From Pseudomonadota bacterium (GTDB taxonomy: Bacteria; Bdellovibrionota; Bdellovibrionia; Bdellovibrionales; Bdellovibrionaceae), in contig JBEGVH010000009.1 in NCBI GenBank assembly GCA_041178425.1, positions 64,001 to 128,000 of the forward strand: a DNA stretch of 64,000 nucleotides. The letters run 5' to 3'. Shown here one piece after another: positions 55,724 through 64,000 of this stretch (positions are counted from its first letter, which is position 1; the number at the start of each line of letters is the position of its first letter). The notes beneath the pieces were generated by a model that did not search any database, was not told the DNA's origin, and saw nothing but the letters and a program-made list of their open reading frames with translations. A program made the translations under genes and the position numbers.

Positions 55724-55727
55724 TTGA

Positions 55728-56462
55728 ATGAAAGAGATTAATAGCCCTCAAAATGAGCAATTCAAATACTGGAAGAGCCTCACAAAGAGCAAAGGCCTCA
55801 AAGAGGGCCACCACTTCTTACTGTCTGGTAGCAAATTGGTTGAGGAAACACTCCTCGATCATGATTGGTCCTCTAAAGTTGAGGTTATCCTTAAAACTAA
55901 AAAACAAACACTGCCACCCATAAAAACAAAAGCGGAAGTCGTAGAATTAGCGATACCCCTTTTTGATGAAATCGATATTTTAGGAACTCACTCACCAATC
56001 CTTGTTTTACAGCAACCCCAATGGCCTCAATGGAAGGACTCTGTAGCCCCGCAAGGCCTCGAACTGCTTTGCCCCTTTGGCGATCCTCAAAATCTCGGAG
56101 CCCTTCTGCGAACAGCTTACGGATTTGGAGCCTCCAAAGTTGTTCTCTTGAAAGAATCGGCCCATCCGCTTTTGCCAAAATCAATGAAGGCGTCTTCTGG
56201 CGCCATTCTAAAAATGGCCATTGAGTGGGGCCCCTCCATTCACGAAATTGGACCTTCGGCCATCGCACTCGATCTTGCGGGCACACCAATAAGCTCTAAA
56301 AAGTGGCCAACTAATATACGACTTCTTCTGGGAGAAGAGGGACCAGGCGTACCAGCGAGCTTTTCCGGAGAGCGCATCACTCTGCCCATGAAAAACCCTC
56401 TAGAATCCTTGAATGCCGCTCTAGCCGCGGGAATTGCGATTTACGAATTCACGCAGCGATAA
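55728..56462 (+). CDS. TrmH/SpoU family RNA methyltransferase
   Basis: I.SPQN, DPQNLGALLRTA..FG, GEEGPG, ESLNAA. Confidence 0.9.
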   Translation: MKEINSPQNEQFKYWKSLTKSKGLKEGHHFLLSGSKLVEETLLDHDWSSKVEVILKTKKQTLPPIKTKAEVVELAIPLFDEIDILGTHSPILVLQQPQWPQWKDSVAPQGLELLCPFGDPQNLGALLRTAYGFGASKVVLLKESAHPLLPKSMKASSGAILKMAIEWGPSIHEIGPSAIALDLAGTPISSKKWPTNIRLLLGEEGPGVPASFSGERITLPMKNPLESLNAALAAGIAIYEFTQR

Positions 56463-56600
56463 ATAAGTTTACTATACCAAATTCCTGTTGTTTAAAAACA
56501 TCCTCTGTTTAAAGTCTGGAAACGTGCATCAAAGCTAATGATATTCTTGAATTAGCTCAATTTTTTTGCCTTAATTAAATCACAAACAAAGGGAGATTCT

Positions 56601-56849
56601 ATGTCACTACGTAATATCGCTACTGCTGCTGCTTTGGTACTTGCTTCTTCATTCGCATTTGCAAATGACCACAAAGCTGAACACAAAGAAGCTGCTCCAG
56701 CTCACGAAGCTGCTGCTGCTCCAGCTCCAGAAGCTGCTAAAAAAGGTAAAAAAGCTAAAGCTGCTACTGCTGCTCCAGCTCCAGAAGCTGCTGCTGCTGC
56801 TCCAGCTCACGAAGCTGCTCCAGCACACGATGCTAAAAAAGCTCACTAA
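56601..56849 (+). CDS. Small secreted Ala/His/Lys-rich low-complexity protein with internal repeats
   Basis: GGGAG RBS, signal peptide ending AFA, EAAPAH and AAPAPEAA repeats, strong GCT/AAA/GAA codon use, followed by a terminator. Confidence 0.85.
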   Translation: MSLRNIATAAALVLASSFAFANDHKAEHKEAAPAHEAAAAPAPEAAKKGKKAKAATAAPAPEAAAAAPAHEAAPAHDAKKAH

Positions 56850-56875
56850 GCTTTTTGTACACGAAAGTGTAATCG

Positions 56876-56906
56876 AAAGGATCGATGCAAATCGATCCTT
56901 TTTTTT
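56876..56906 (+). terminator. Rho-independent terminator
   Basis: AAAGGATCGAT-GCAA-ATCGATCCTTT followed by a T run, between convergent genes. Confidence 0.88.
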
Positions 56907-56908
56907 AT

Positions 56909-57949
56909 TTAAAAGTTATTTTTGCGCGTTTTAAAGTTCTCGATGCACTTCACAACGGCTCGAGCATACCGCTGCTGATATTTGGAACCATTATAGCGAC
57001 GTGCTAGCTCGGCATCAGGTACTTTTCCCTGGACCGCATGCTCACGAGCCTCTTGAACCTTAATACCCATCGTCATCAATCCCATACAAACACCATCATC
57101 ACGATAGAGTGGATTAAGGCGTTCTGTTGGCGGATTAGATCGAGCCTCGTTATAGATATCCGTCTTGTTGTAGCCCGATGGAACCAGTAGATTATCAATC
57201 GCCTTTAGGTACTTATCTTCTCTGGTCGAATTCATCGTGAGACAGCTCTTGAGCTTCACTGACAAATTATCTTTTCGACCCCAACGAGCACTGATTTCTC
57301 GCATGGTGGTATTAGTAATCTGAGCCAAGCCATTCCCGTTCATATTGTGCACAAGACGATCGCGCATTGGATTTTCCTGTTCAAATACACAACGAGCAAA
57401 AGCGTATTTAACTTCAAAGAGCTGTGAAGCGGCTTTCATTTTTGGAAGAAGACACTCATCACTCACACTCTCAAAATATAAATTGGTTTTTTTATCAATT
57501 CCATCTCCGGTGCAGGTCTTTGGGGCAAGTATGCCATTGCTCAGCTTAGAGGTTTCATCACTCAAAAGCTCTAATGTTGCATCATCCACAAACTCCATGA
57601 CCGCCGCCGCGTCTTTTTCAGGAATAGGGTGCCCCGCGATCTCTTCAGTCTCCAGAGACTCGTTCTCATAGCTCTGAGTTGGAATTTCGCCCGGAGCTGA
57701 GGGTTCATAAGGACTAGGATCTTTAATTACCGATTCACTCACTTCTTCGGGGTGTTTCGCTAGTATTTCACGAGCCCGGTGGTAGGCTTCTTCGTCGATA
57801 TTCATAACGATATTGACTCCATTATCGTTATCTAATTGATGAGGCTCGCCACAACCAATCATTGCTGCAAAAGCCAAAAGAACAATCCACTGACTCTTTT
57901 TAATGATGTTGGCGTTTGTGATGGTTTTCATTTTATCCTCACCTTTCAT
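56909..57949 (-). CDS. Lipoprotein with C-terminal lysozyme-like (lytic transglycosylase-like) domain
   Basis: Lipobox MIGC, acidic linker, FEQEN (candidate catalytic Glu), GLAQIT (GLMQ-like), RYNGS...Y (AYN-like). Confidence 0.6.
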   Translation of the reverse strand: MKGEDKMKTITNANIIKKSQWIVLLAFAAMIGCGEPHQLDNDNGVNIVMNIDEEAYHRAREILAKHPEEVSESVIKDPSPYEPSAPGEIPTQSYENESLETEEIAGHPIPEKDAAAVMEFVDDATLELLSDETSKLSNGILAPKTCTGDGIDKKTNLYFESVSDECLLPKMKAASQLFEVKYAFARCVFEQENPMRDRLVHNMNGNGLAQITNTTMREISARWGRKDNLSVKLKSCLTMNSTREDKYLKAIDNLLVPSGYNKTDIYNEARSNPPTERLNPLYRDDGVCMGLMTMGIKVQEAREHAVQGKVPDAELARRYNGSKYQQRYARAVVKCIENFKTRKNNF

Positions 57950-58115
57950 ACCTTCGATTCCTTCAAATCGATGTTTCTGGCAAGATGAGGATTTCTTATT
58001 AGGGAAAAATACACCCCTTTGACAAATTTAGACGTTTCAAAACAAGGCTAACACAGGATAGGGCGTTGCTGCCATTCAACGCCGCTCTATGAGAGTTTTT
58101 TCAAATCCCTGTAGA

Positions 58116-59501
58116 CTAGCCCCGCTCAAAGGTACAGGTGAAATGACGAAGGTACTTGGGCTGTTGAGTGATACGATAACCTTTGAGTTCCGGAAGCTGT
58201 GGCTTCAGATAACCCGCCATCTCGATCATATAATCAACATGGCTTTGGGTATAAACGCGCCGAGGAATCGCCAAGCGAACTAATTCTTTGGGCGCAGGAG
58301 TTTCGATTCCCGTCATACGATCTACCTGACCCAACATAACCGTGCCAACCTCACAACAACGAATCCCGATGTGCTCGTAGAGCGCAACAGCGAGGGCTTG
58401 CCCTGGATACTGGAGCACCGGAATATGTGGGAGCGCCTGGGCGGCATCAATATAAGCGGCATGCCCTCCCCATGGCCTCACCGTTGGATAACCCAAATCT
58501 TCGAGGGCTCGACCAAAGTACTCCACAGACCGAATTCGATAGGCAAGGTAGTTTTCGTCGAGAACTTCTTCCAGACCCACAGCTAAAGCCTCTAAATCCC
58601 GCCCTGCCAAGCCACCGTAAGTAGGAAAACCTTCGGTAATGACCATTAACCGGCGAATCTCTTCGGCCAAGGGGCCATCATTCACAGCCAAAAATCCACC
58701 AATGTTACCGAAAGCATCTTTTTTGGCACTCATCATGGCGCCATCACCGTATGAGAATAGCTCTCTTGCGATCTCGCGAACCGAGCGTTGAGATTGTCCT
58801 GGTTCTCGCATTTTTATAAAGTAGCTATTCTCCGCAAAGCGAGCACAGTCGATAAACATAGGAACTTTATGCTCTAAACAAATATTTTTAGTTTCTCGAA
58901 TATTTGCGAGAGATACAGGAAGCCCACCAATAGAATTGTTTGTGACAGTCATGATAACAAAAGCCACCTGCCCTGGGTTCTCAGCTAAATATTTTTTCAA
59001 GGCCAATACGTCGATATTTCCTTTGAAAGGAGACATACTCGAAGTTTCTTTCGCTTCGACGGACGGGAGATCAATGGCCTTAGCTCCTGAACTCTCGATG
59101 TTTGCGCGAGTCGTATCAAAGTGAGTATTGCCAATCACTACTTGCCCTGGCTTTAGAGTGGCCTTCATTAATAAATATTCAGCCCCTCGTCCCTGATGGG
59201 TGGGAATCACATGTTTGAGGCCCGTTAACTCTTGAATCGCCGATTCGAACCGATAAAATGACTTAGCCCCCGCATAAGACTCATCAGCCGTCATCATTGA
59301 CGCCCATTGAGTCGACGACATGGCACTCGTACTACTATCGGTCAATAAATCAAAAGTTACTCGATGGGCCGGAAGTGAGAATAAATTAAAGTGAGCTTTG
59401 GCTGCGGCCTCTTTACGCTCTTGCGAACTCAATTGATAAAGAGGCTCAACCATTTTTATTTTAAATGGTTCGATAATAGTTTTTGCCTTTGGTAATTCCA
59501 C
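58116..59501 (-). CDS. tnaA: Tryptophanase (beta-eliminating lyase)
   Basis: EPFKIKMVE, DLLTDS, MSAKKD (PLP Lys), TYGGLAGRD, RLAIPRRVYT. C-terminal LRHFT favours TnaA over tyrosine phenol-lyase (LRFFT). Confidence 0.85.
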   Translation of the reverse strand: MELPKAKTIIEPFKIKMVEPLYQLSSQERKEAAAKAHFNLFSLPAHRVTFDLLTDSSTSAMSSTQWASMMTADESYAGAKSFYRFESAIQELTGLKHVIPTHQGRGAEYLLMKATLKPGQVVIGNTHFDTTRANIESSGAKAIDLPSVEAKETSSMSPFKGNIDVLALKKYLAENPGQVAFVIMTVTNNSIGGLPVSLANIRETKNICLEHKVPMFIDCARFAENSYFIKMREPGQSQRSVREIARELFSYGDGAMMSAKKDAFGNIGGFLAVNDGPLAEEIRRLMVITEGFPTYGGLAGRDLEALAVGLEEVLDENYLAYRIRSVEYFGRALEDLGYPTVRPWGGHAAYIDAAQALPHIPVLQYPGQALAVALYEHIGIRCCEVGTVMLGQVDRMTGIETPAPKELVRLAIPRRVYTQSHVDYMIEMAGYLKPQLPELKGYRITQQPKYLRHFTCTFERG

Positions 59502-59568
59502 AGCCCCTCCCTTGGGTTGATTTTAATCGTGGCACTCCAAAAGACTCCCAAATCTTACAGTCTCTTTC

Positions 59569-59609
59569 AAAAAAAAACGCGCTAGGTTTTCCCAAGCGCG
59601 TTTTTTTTT
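59569..59609. terminator. Bidirectional Rho-independent terminator downstream of nuoI
   Basis: A9-CGCGCT...AGCGCG-T9 hairpin. Confidence 0.88.
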
Positions 59610-59644
59610 ATTAATGTGAGAAATTCTGACTCTAAATTAAAAAC

Positions 59645-60169
59645 TTAGATTCCAGATTTATGTCGTTCTTCATCATCCACGATAGAAGGGATTCCGCCGC
59701 GAAGGTTCGGGCGATAGGCCAACTTTTCAATATCGTAAATGAAGTTAGCACCGTGAGCCCCTGGTGTTTGCCACTCTGGTCCCATACGAATCGCATCAAC
59801 CGGGCAGGCTTCTTCACAAAAACCGCAAAAAACACAGCGAAGAATATCGATTTCATAATTGATCGGATATTTCTCAACTGTTGGGTCATTATGCTCAGAC
59901 GCCACAATTGTAATACACTGAGCCGGGCAATTGGTTGCACACAACATACAAGCTGTACAACGAAGCGAACCATCTTTTTTAACGGTTAAAACGTGATTAC
60001 CTTTGAATCGAGGAGAGTATTCATACTTCTCTTCAGGATAGTTAATCGTTGGCATTTTTTTCGGATTCAATAAATTGGTATAAAGGTGCTTAAAAGTAAT
60101 AAACAACCCACCAAGAACTCCCGGCAAATACCATTTTGAACTTGGACCCGTCTTTTGAACTACGCTCAT
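59645..60169 (-). CDS. nuoI: NADH-quinone oxidoreductase subunit I
   Basis: YPEEK, CTACMLCATNCP, CVFCGFCEEACP. Confidence 0.95.
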   Translation of the reverse strand: MSVVQKTGPSSKWYLPGVLGGLFITFKHLYTNLLNPKKMPTINYPEEKYEYSPRFKGNHVLTVKKDGSLRCTACMLCATNCPAQCITIVASEHNDPTVEKYPINYEIDILRCVFCGFCEEACPVDAIRMGPEWQTPGAHGANFIYDIEKLAYRPNLRGGIPSIVDDEERHKSGI

Positions 60170-61758
60170 ACTGTTCCTCTCTTGAAAAGGAATTCATTTT
60201 TCTTGCGGCTATCAGCGACCACTTGATCTGGTCTTTGATTGAGATCTGCTAATGGTTTTACAGTTTCTATACCATAAACAGAATCAACGGTAACCTCACC
60301 ACCAGAAAGCAATGCAACCGCCTGATCAAGGGTCAATGCTTCTGATACGATATTAGTAATTTTATTTACTTTTTGAACAAGACCATTATGGTTCATGTAA
60401 GAACCACTTCTCTCCACGAACGTCTTTGTTGGAATCACCCAACAATTTACAGCCGTTAGATCTTGAAGTTGAACTTTGCCCGCCGTGAGAATGATTAGAT
60501 TGATCACCTTTCCAAAGGCTTTCAATTTATCCATTAAATCGGGATATACGGATTGGCTCTCTGGAAGCGCAACAATAAGTGTTGCGACCAGACCCGCCTT
60601 AACCTCAGCCTCTAAAGTTTCAATGATCGTATCAATTTGATGTTTGGCGAAAATGGATTGAACACCCTTTGTATTAGGATTCTTATCTCCACGAATCAAC
60701 AAACCATCAAATTGGCCCCATTGCGCTTCATTGTTTTTCCAATGATAAATCTTTTTAGAGCTAAACTGGGTGGTGAATGTTGATACCAGCGAGTCAACCT
60801 CTTCCATAGACGCCTGACCCGTTATTAGCAAGGAAGCATTCTTTAAATGCCCCTCAAGAGCTTTGGCTGCGTCTTTTGCAGCTGCTCCTGCGGTCATTTC
60901 CTGCCAACCTTTGGCTGTTTTCTTTTGAGCCTTCAGTTGTCGATATTCTTTATTTATAAACTTATAAATTTCTCGACCCTCATCACACATCCAGTAACCG
61001 TTCACTTGTGGATTGTAACGAGGCTTAATACGGAAGAACCCTTCGTTATTAAAGTAGGCTTTTACATTACATCCCGTCGAACAACCCGTACAAATAGTTT
61101 CGCCATCTTTTAGATACCAAACCCTTTGCTTAAAGCGGAAATCCTTTGAAGTTAACGCTCCCACCGGACAAATATCAACAGTGTTCACCGAGTATTTGTT
61201 GTTCAGTGGACGATTTTCGAAGGTCCCGATTTCACTGTGATCACCACGATTGAAAATTGCCAATTCTTTGGTGCCTGTCACTTCGTCAGTGAAACGAACG
61301 CAACGAGAGCAAAGGATACATCGCTCAGAATCAAGAACAACTTTTTCGCCGAGATCGACCACTTTGTGTTTCTTGACCTTGCTTTCGGCCATTTGAGAAT
61401 CGTAGCTGCCGTATTCCATATACTGGTCTTGCAGCCCACATTCACCGGCTTGATCGCACACTGGACAATCGAGAGGATGGTTAATTAAATGAAAATCCAA
61501 ACCCCACTTCACAGCCTCTTTGACTTTATCAGAGGTGTTATTGATTTTCATGCCCTCTGAAACAGCCGTATTGCAGGCAATCTGCAAACGTGGATTACCT
61601 TCCACCTCAACCATACAAAGGCGACATACTCCCGCAACACTCAATCCAGGATGCCAGCAATAGTGGGCAATTTTTTGCCCATTGTCGGCCATCGCTTGAA
61701 TAATGGACGTGCCCTCTTTTACTTCGACTTCTTTTCCATTAATGGTGCATTTTGGCAT
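60166..61758 (-). CDS. nuoG: NADH-quinone oxidoreductase subunit G (short form)
   Basis: CWHPGL..AGVCRLC, HPLDCPVCDQAGEC, CILCSRC, CTGCSTGC...CDEGR. Confidence 0.93.
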   Translation of the reverse strand: MPKCTINGKEVEVKEGTSIIQAMADNGQKIAHYCWHPGLSVAGVCRLCMVEVEGNPRLQIACNTAVSEGMKINNTSDKVKEAVKWGLDFHLINHPLDCPVCDQAGECGLQDQYMEYGSYDSQMAESKVKKHKVVDLGEKVVLDSERCILCSRCVRFTDEVTGTKELAIFNRGDHSEIGTFENRPLNNKYSVNTVDICPVGALTSKDFRFKQRVWYLKDGETICTGCSTGCNVKAYFNNEGFFRIKPRYNPQVNGYWMCDEGREIYKFINKEYRQLKAQKKTAKGWQEMTAGAAAKDAAKALEGHLKNASLLITGQASMEEVDSLVSTFTTQFSSKKIYHWKNNEAQWGQFDGLLIRGDKNPNTKGVQSIFAKHQIDTIIETLEAEVKAGLVATLIVALPESQSVYPDLMDKLKAFGKVINLIILTAGKVQLQDLTAVNCWVIPTKTFVERSGSYMNHNGLVQKVNKITNIVSEALTLDQAVALLSGGEVTVDSVYGIETVKPLADLNQRPDQVVADSRKKNEFLFKRGTV

Positions 61759-63031
61759 AGGCTGTTCCCTTTACTTTCGAATGACCTTCACGAACATAAT
61801 ACTCAAACTCGTCGCGAAACTTAGTAACAAAACTTAGGACCGGTAAGGCTGCCGCATCTGAAAGGGCACAAATAGTTTTTCCCTTCATTTGATTGGCTAC
61901 CTTTTCTAAAAGTTCGATATCTTGAAGGCGACCACGACCCTCGAGAATAGAGTGAACGATCTTATTCAACCAACCGGTTCCCTCTCTGCACGGCGTACAC
62001 TGTCCACAACTTTCATGCGCATAGAAGTGAGTAAGAACACCGAGTAAGTCGACCATGCAATGGCTGTCATCAATAACAATGACAGCTCCCGAACCTAACA
62101 TAGAACCCAAACCAGCGAGGCTTTCATAATCTAGATTGGCTTTTTCAACTTCATCAGCCGTCAACACCGGCGCTGACGATCCACCTGGAATGACCGCTTT
62201 TAGTTTACGGCCAGGCTTGAAACCACCACCAAAGCCATAAATTAGATCCTTAAGTGGTAAACCAAGTGGAACTTCATAATTTCCAGGCTTAACGATGTTG
62301 CCACTCAAAGAAAATAGTTTTGTGCCTGGAGATTTTTCTGTTCCAAACTTTCGATAACCAGCAGCTCCATCACGAATGATTGGCACAACGGCCGCTAAGG
62401 TTTCTACGTTATTCACGATGGTTGGTTTTTTAAGATAACCTTGAACAGCAGGAAATGGGGGCTTCAATTTAGGTTGGCCTTTGTCGCCCTCTAATGAAGA
62501 AATCATTCCTGTCTCTTCTCCGCAAATATAGGCGCCCGCCCCCCAATAAACATCAAGATCAAAATCAAATCCGCTTCCGAGAATATTCTTACCTAGGAGG
62601 CCGGCTTGATAAGCTTCGCGAAGGGCCGCTTCCATATTGGCAGCGGGCTTTTTATATTCGCCTCGAATATAGATATAACCTTTATGAGATCCAATGGCGT
62701 AGGCCGAAATAATCATTCCCTCAATTAACTGATGAGGAGCCTGATCAAAAATAATCCGATCTTTACAAGTTCCGGGCTCTCCTTCGTCACCATTGCACAG
62801 AAGATAACGAGGCTCACCATTTTTAGGTAGGAACCCCCACTTCATTCCCGTTGGAAACCCAGCACCGCCACGCCCACGAAGACCTGAGGTCTTCACTTCG
62901 TCGATGATTTGCTGCGGTTGCATTCCAAATGCTTTTTTTAACACTTCGTAACCGCCATCAGCTTGGTAGCCCTTTAAGGTCCGAAACTCAGGCTTCGAAT
63001 AATGTTCTGTAAGAAGTTTTGTTTCGTTCAT
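61739..63031 (-). CDS. nuoF: NADH-quinone oxidoreductase subunit F
   Basis: GRGGAGFPTG, DEGEPGT, GAGAYICGEET, ESCGQCTPCREG. Confidence 0.97.
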   Translation of the reverse strand: MNETKLLTEHYSKPEFRTLKGYQADGGYEVLKKAFGMQPQQIIDEVKTSGLRGRGGAGFPTGMKWGFLPKNGEPRYLLCNGDEGEPGTCKDRIIFDQAPHQLIEGMIISAYAIGSHKGYIYIRGEYKKPAANMEAALREAYQAGLLGKNILGSGFDFDLDVYWGAGAYICGEETGMISSLEGDKGQPKLKPPFPAVQGYLKKPTIVNNVETLAAVVPIIRDGAAGYRKFGTEKSPGTKLFSLSGNIVKPGNYEVPLGLPLKDLIYGFGGGFKPGRKLKAVIPGGSSAPVLTADEVEKANLDYESLAGLGSMLGSGAVIVIDDSHCMVDLLGVLTHFYAHESCGQCTPCREGTGWLNKIVHSILEGRGRLQDIELLEKVANQMKGKTICALSDAAALPVLSFVTKFRDEFEYYVREGHSKVKGTAYAKMHH

Positions 63032-63504
63032 TATTTAAGACCTTTCAAAATCTCCACGGCTGTCGTTGGAGTTAAATTTTCGTAATAGTCTTCATTTACT
63101 TGCATCATTGGAGCCATAGCACAAGCGCCAAGGCATTCAACGCTAGAAACACAATATTTTCCGTCGAGGGAGATATCGTTCATTTTACATCCCAAAGCAT
63201 TCAAAACATGATCGGTAAGCTCACGGCTCCCATTTAAAACGCAAGAAATGTTGTTACAGATCTGAACGTGGTATTTACCCACGGGTTTCTGGTTGAACAT
63301 GGTATAAAATTTAAATACCTCATTGATGCGAGAAACCGGCAGTTCCATTACCTTTGAAAGATAATCAATCATTTCATCGGTAACAAATCCGCCATTCTCA
63401 CTCTGTGCAATAAAGAGCGCCGGTATGATTGCTGACTGACGGCTTTCATAACGATTGAGCTCTATTTGAATTTTTTTAAGACCTTCTTCTGATAACTGAA
63501 ACAT
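63031..63504 (-). CDS. nuoE: NADH-quinone oxidoreductase subunit E
   Basis: FYTMF, CNNISC, ECLGAC..AP. Confidence 0.95.
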   Translation of the reverse strand: MFQLSEEGLKKIQIELNRYESRQSAIIPALFIAQSENGGFVTDEMIDYLSKVMELPVSRINEVFKFYTMFNQKPVGKYHVQICNNISCVLNGSRELTDHVLNALGCKMNDISLDGKYCVSSVECLGACAMAPMMQVNEDYYENLTPTTAVEILKGLK

Positions 63505-63529
63505 GAGTCCCTCTCTTCGATGGCCAATA

Positions 63530-64000
63530 TTAGCGGTCTAGCTCACCGGCAATAACGTTCATACTTGCTACTGTTGCAACGGCATCCGCAATCAAACTGC
63601 CCTTCACCACCTCTGGAAAAGACTGGTAAATTGCAAAACAAGGAGGACGAACTTTTAAACGATAAGGGTTCGCGGATCCATCCGAAATAAGGTAAAACCC
63701 CAGCTCTCCATTTGCCGCTTCCGTCGCATCGTAAACTTCGCCGACTGGTGGTCGAATACCCTTAATAATTAACATGAAGTGGTTCATGAGCCCTTCGATG
63801 TTTCCATAAACATCTCGCTTTTCAGGAAGAACGATGTGCTTATCACGGATCGTATAGTCGCCCCCCGGCATATTTTTAATAACTTGTTCAATAATTCGAA
63901 GCGACTGACGCATTTCTTCGATACGAACTAGGTAGCGATCAAAAATGTCACCATTCGCTCCAATAGGAATATCGAAATCAAGTTGGTCGTATCCGTAATA
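63530..64000 (-). CDS. nuoD: NADH-quinone oxidoreductase subunit D (or CD), C-terminal part truncated by window end
   Basis: Frame is open to 64000 (YYGYDQLDFDIP..GDIFDRY.VR.EEM); E...GELG.Y, PYR.K.R.P, GELDR. Confidence 0.95.
   Translation of the reverse strand, partial: YYGYDQLDFDIPIGANGDIFDRYLVRIEEMRQSLRIIEQVIKNMPGGDYTIRDKHIVLPEKRDVYGNIEGLMNHFMLIIKGIRPPVGEVYDATEAANGELGFYLISDGSANPYRLKVRPPCFAIYQSFPEVVKGSLIADAVATVASMNVIAGELDR

Noticed and set aside
56680..56835. Possible CRISPR or tandem DNA repeat
   Set aside because: The repeats are in-frame coding repeats without unique spacers, and no cas genes are present.
56641..56934. Alternative-frame ORFs (Leu/Gln-rich and Ser-rich) over the Ala-rich gene
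   Set aside because: Shadow frames of the GCT repeats; only 56601-56849 has an RBS and signal peptide.

Overview
Bacterial chromosomal window with the hallmarks of a Bdellovibrionota (Bdellovibrio-like) genome. This assignment is an inference from FQNC-type lipoprotein signals, many orphan secreted proteins, fibrinogen-like surface proteins and a split nuo operon. Housekeeping genes present: nadB 3' end, phnDCE-like ABC transporter, NUDIX, M23 peptidase, rsmI, hrpB, lgt, ppa, arfB, an ExbBD-TonB-receptor-lipoprotein operon, pheST-ihfA-tRNA-Pro, rsmG, TrmH-family methylase, tnaA and nuoD-E-F-G-I. The standout is an ~18 kb self-contained molybdenum/sulfur redox island (7.6-25.9 kb). It has a divergent SorAB-type sulfite dehydrogenase and an operon encoding a periplasmic rhodanese, a YeeE/YedE transporter, an unannotated 42-aa membrane peptide, a rhodanese lacking its catalytic Cys but carrying a GGGGCL tail, a Tat-exported Asp-ligated type II DMSO-reductase-family enzyme (alpha, beta, and a heme-b/cytochrome-c fusion gamma subunit) and a secreted GCL-tailed protein. 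This operon converges on Mrp plus a full Moco/MGD biosynthesis operon with a MOT1-type molybdate transporter, led by a candidate Moco riboswitch. Its substrate cannot be read from sequence; the context points to sulfur (or selenium) oxyanion or sulfane chemistry. A RAYT/Y1 transposase bracketed by 12-bp inverted repeats lies next to tRNA-Pro. All calls come from motif reading by eye, with no database searches.
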